This document shows positions 62,101 to 64,000 of a stretch of 64,000 bases of DNA, piece by piece. The notes beneath the pieces are model-generated. The model did no database searches, was not told where the DNA came from, and saw nothing but the letters and a program-made list of their open reading frames with translations. The DNA is taken from assembly GCF_009914755.1 (NCBI RefSeq), contig NC_060935.1, one strand, 5' to 3'. Position 1 is the first letter of the stretch; each line of letters starts with the position of its first letter. Position numbers and translations under genes: made by a program. This DNA is from the human T2T-CHM13v2.0 reference genome, Homo sapiens.

Positions 62101-64000
62101 AAATTTAACTCTTTTATCTATTCTATTACTCTTTCTTCTTTCCTCACTCTATTGCTGACCATCTAGTTATTAACATAACCAAGTCAATTTTGCCTCAAAC
62201 TATTGCATTTAATGCTTGCCTTATTATACCCTGTGGGGACTTGCCAAGTCAAAGACAGCTCTCTACTTCAGAAAAGTACCTCTGTCCCTCCTGACTCTCC
62301 TCAGACTGGGCATTAGTAAATTAGGACTATTTGATTGGGGGAAACTTTGGTAAAGACTCCAGTGTCAACCAGGAGTCTTGCCCCCCAATGTAGAACTTTT
62401 ATGCCATAGTTGGTCCAACGTTCTGTTGACCACTAAAGAGCAAGGATGGACTGACCCAACTGGTTTTTGTAATTTCCTAAAATCATACATTCATTTTACT
62501 AGAGGATCATAGAAGTTAAAGACTTAAAACAAACTTTGGCAGTTAAGACAAGATACCAAGATGCAAATGCCTGGTTAAAATGGATCAAATATTCCATTTG
62601 CACGTTAAACAAAAGCAATTGTTATGCTTGTGCACATGGCAGGCCAGAGGCCCAGACAGTCCCCTTTCCACTAAGGTGGTCCTCCAGTGGACCGTGGGCT
62701 GCATGGTATCTCTTTTCCAGGATTCTACAGCCTGGAGTAATAAGTCATGCCAAGCTCTCTCTGCTATATCCCAAAGTCTGGCACCCTGAAGTTCAGCCCC
62801 CGAGGGCCATCCAGCTGCCATCTCCCAACACTAAGTTCATTTCGTGTCTCTCACAATAGGAAGGAAACTTAGCGTTCCTTGGAAACCTGAAGGGATGTAG
62901 TGAATTTAAGAATTTTCAAGAGCTTATCAATCAGTCAGCCCTTATTCATCCCAGAGCAGATGTGTGGTGGTATTGTGGTGGACCTTTACTGGGCACTCTG
63001 CTGAATAACTGGAGTGGCACTTGTACTTCAGTCCAATTGGCTATCCCTTTCACCCTGGCATTTCATCAGCCAGAGGGAGGAAAAATAAGACATTGTAAAG
63101 CGAGAGAAGCCCCTTATGGGTCTTTTGACTCTCACGTCTATTTAGATGCAATTGGATTCCCATGGGGAATACCAGATCACTTTAAAGCTTGAAATCAAAT
63201 AGCTGCAAGATTAAAGTCAACATTTTAGTAGATAACTGTAAATAAATATGTAGATTAGATGAACTACATCTATTACAACCAACAGCAATGAACTTTTCAT
63301 GAGTTAAAAGAAAAACTCATGTTGGCCTCAGCCCTGGGGCTACCTGACCTGACAAAACCCTTTACACTCTATGTGTCAGAAAGAGAAAAAATGGCAGTTG
63401 GAGTTTTAGCCCAGACTGTCGGGCCCTGGCCAAGGACAGTGGCCTATCTCTCAAAACAACTAGACAAAGTTTCCAAAGGCTGGCCCCCATGTCTAAGGGC
63501 CCTGGCAGTGACAGCCCTGTTAGCACAAGAAGCAGATAAACTAACGCTTAGGCAAAACCTGAATATAAAGGCCTTCCATGCTGTGGTAACTTTGATGAAT
63601 ACCAAAGGACATCATTGGCTAACAAATGCTAGATTAACCAAGTATCAAAGCTTGCTATGTGAAAATCCCCCATAACCATTGAAGTTTGCAACACCCTAAA
63701 CCCTGCCACCTTGTTCCCGGTATCAGAGAGCTCAGCTGAACATAAATATGTAGAGGTATTGGACTAGTTTATTCTAGCAGGCCCAACCTCCAAGACCATC
63801 CTTGAACATCAGTAGACTGTGAGCTGTATGTGGACAGTAGCAGTTTCACCAACCCCTGCAAAGTGACTCTGAAGAGGACAACAAGCCCTGCTCCAGTCAC
63901 ATCCAGAAGCTGACTGGTCCACACATGGCCAAAGCATAAGAAAACTCATCATGGGACTCATTTTCCTTAAAATTTGAACTTGTACAGTAAGGACTTCAAC
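59191..64000 (+). mobile_element. Harlequin-like mosaic ERV internal region (defective; runs past the window end)
   Basis: Frameshifted gag matrix (MGQAQSK..WPSEGSL..HPDQFPYI, about 59728-60000), GA-rich tract, AT-rich spacer, env fragments (about 62100-63300), then an RT connection fragment (63319-63675, PDLTKPF..VAYLSKQLD). Confidence 0.8.
59196..59213 (+). promoter_or_regulatory. Retroviral primer-binding site for tRNA-Glu
   Basis: TGGTTCCCTGACCAGGAA, one mismatch from the complement of the tRNA-Glu 3' end, 5 nt after the LTR. Confidence 0.85.

Overview
Human (primate) genomic DNA, repeat-rich, from the chr11q12 MS4A cluster. The only intact protein-coding gene is MS4A6A on the minus strand: six coding exons between 55012 and 45442 give 248 aa, all introns are phase 0 GT-AG, and alternative splice sites can be read from the sequence. 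Most of the rest is Alu, L1, MaLR/ERV LTRs, mariner relics and a Harlequin/HERV-E-type provirus at the right end, and nearly all other ORFs in the track are repeat-derived noise. The main discovery is a decayed, intron-containing MS4A paralogue downstream of MS4A6A on the same strand, with exons at about 34.8-31.4 kb plus an orphan TM4 exon at 20.4 kb and a candidate ITAM-like terminal exon at 17.5 kb. It keeps MS4A motifs, exon sizes and phases. Its 57-nt TM2 exon is split by a 178-bp copy of nearby DNA, one of several short local templated duplications in the window. All alignments were made by eye, and repeat subfamily names and annotation status are unverified.
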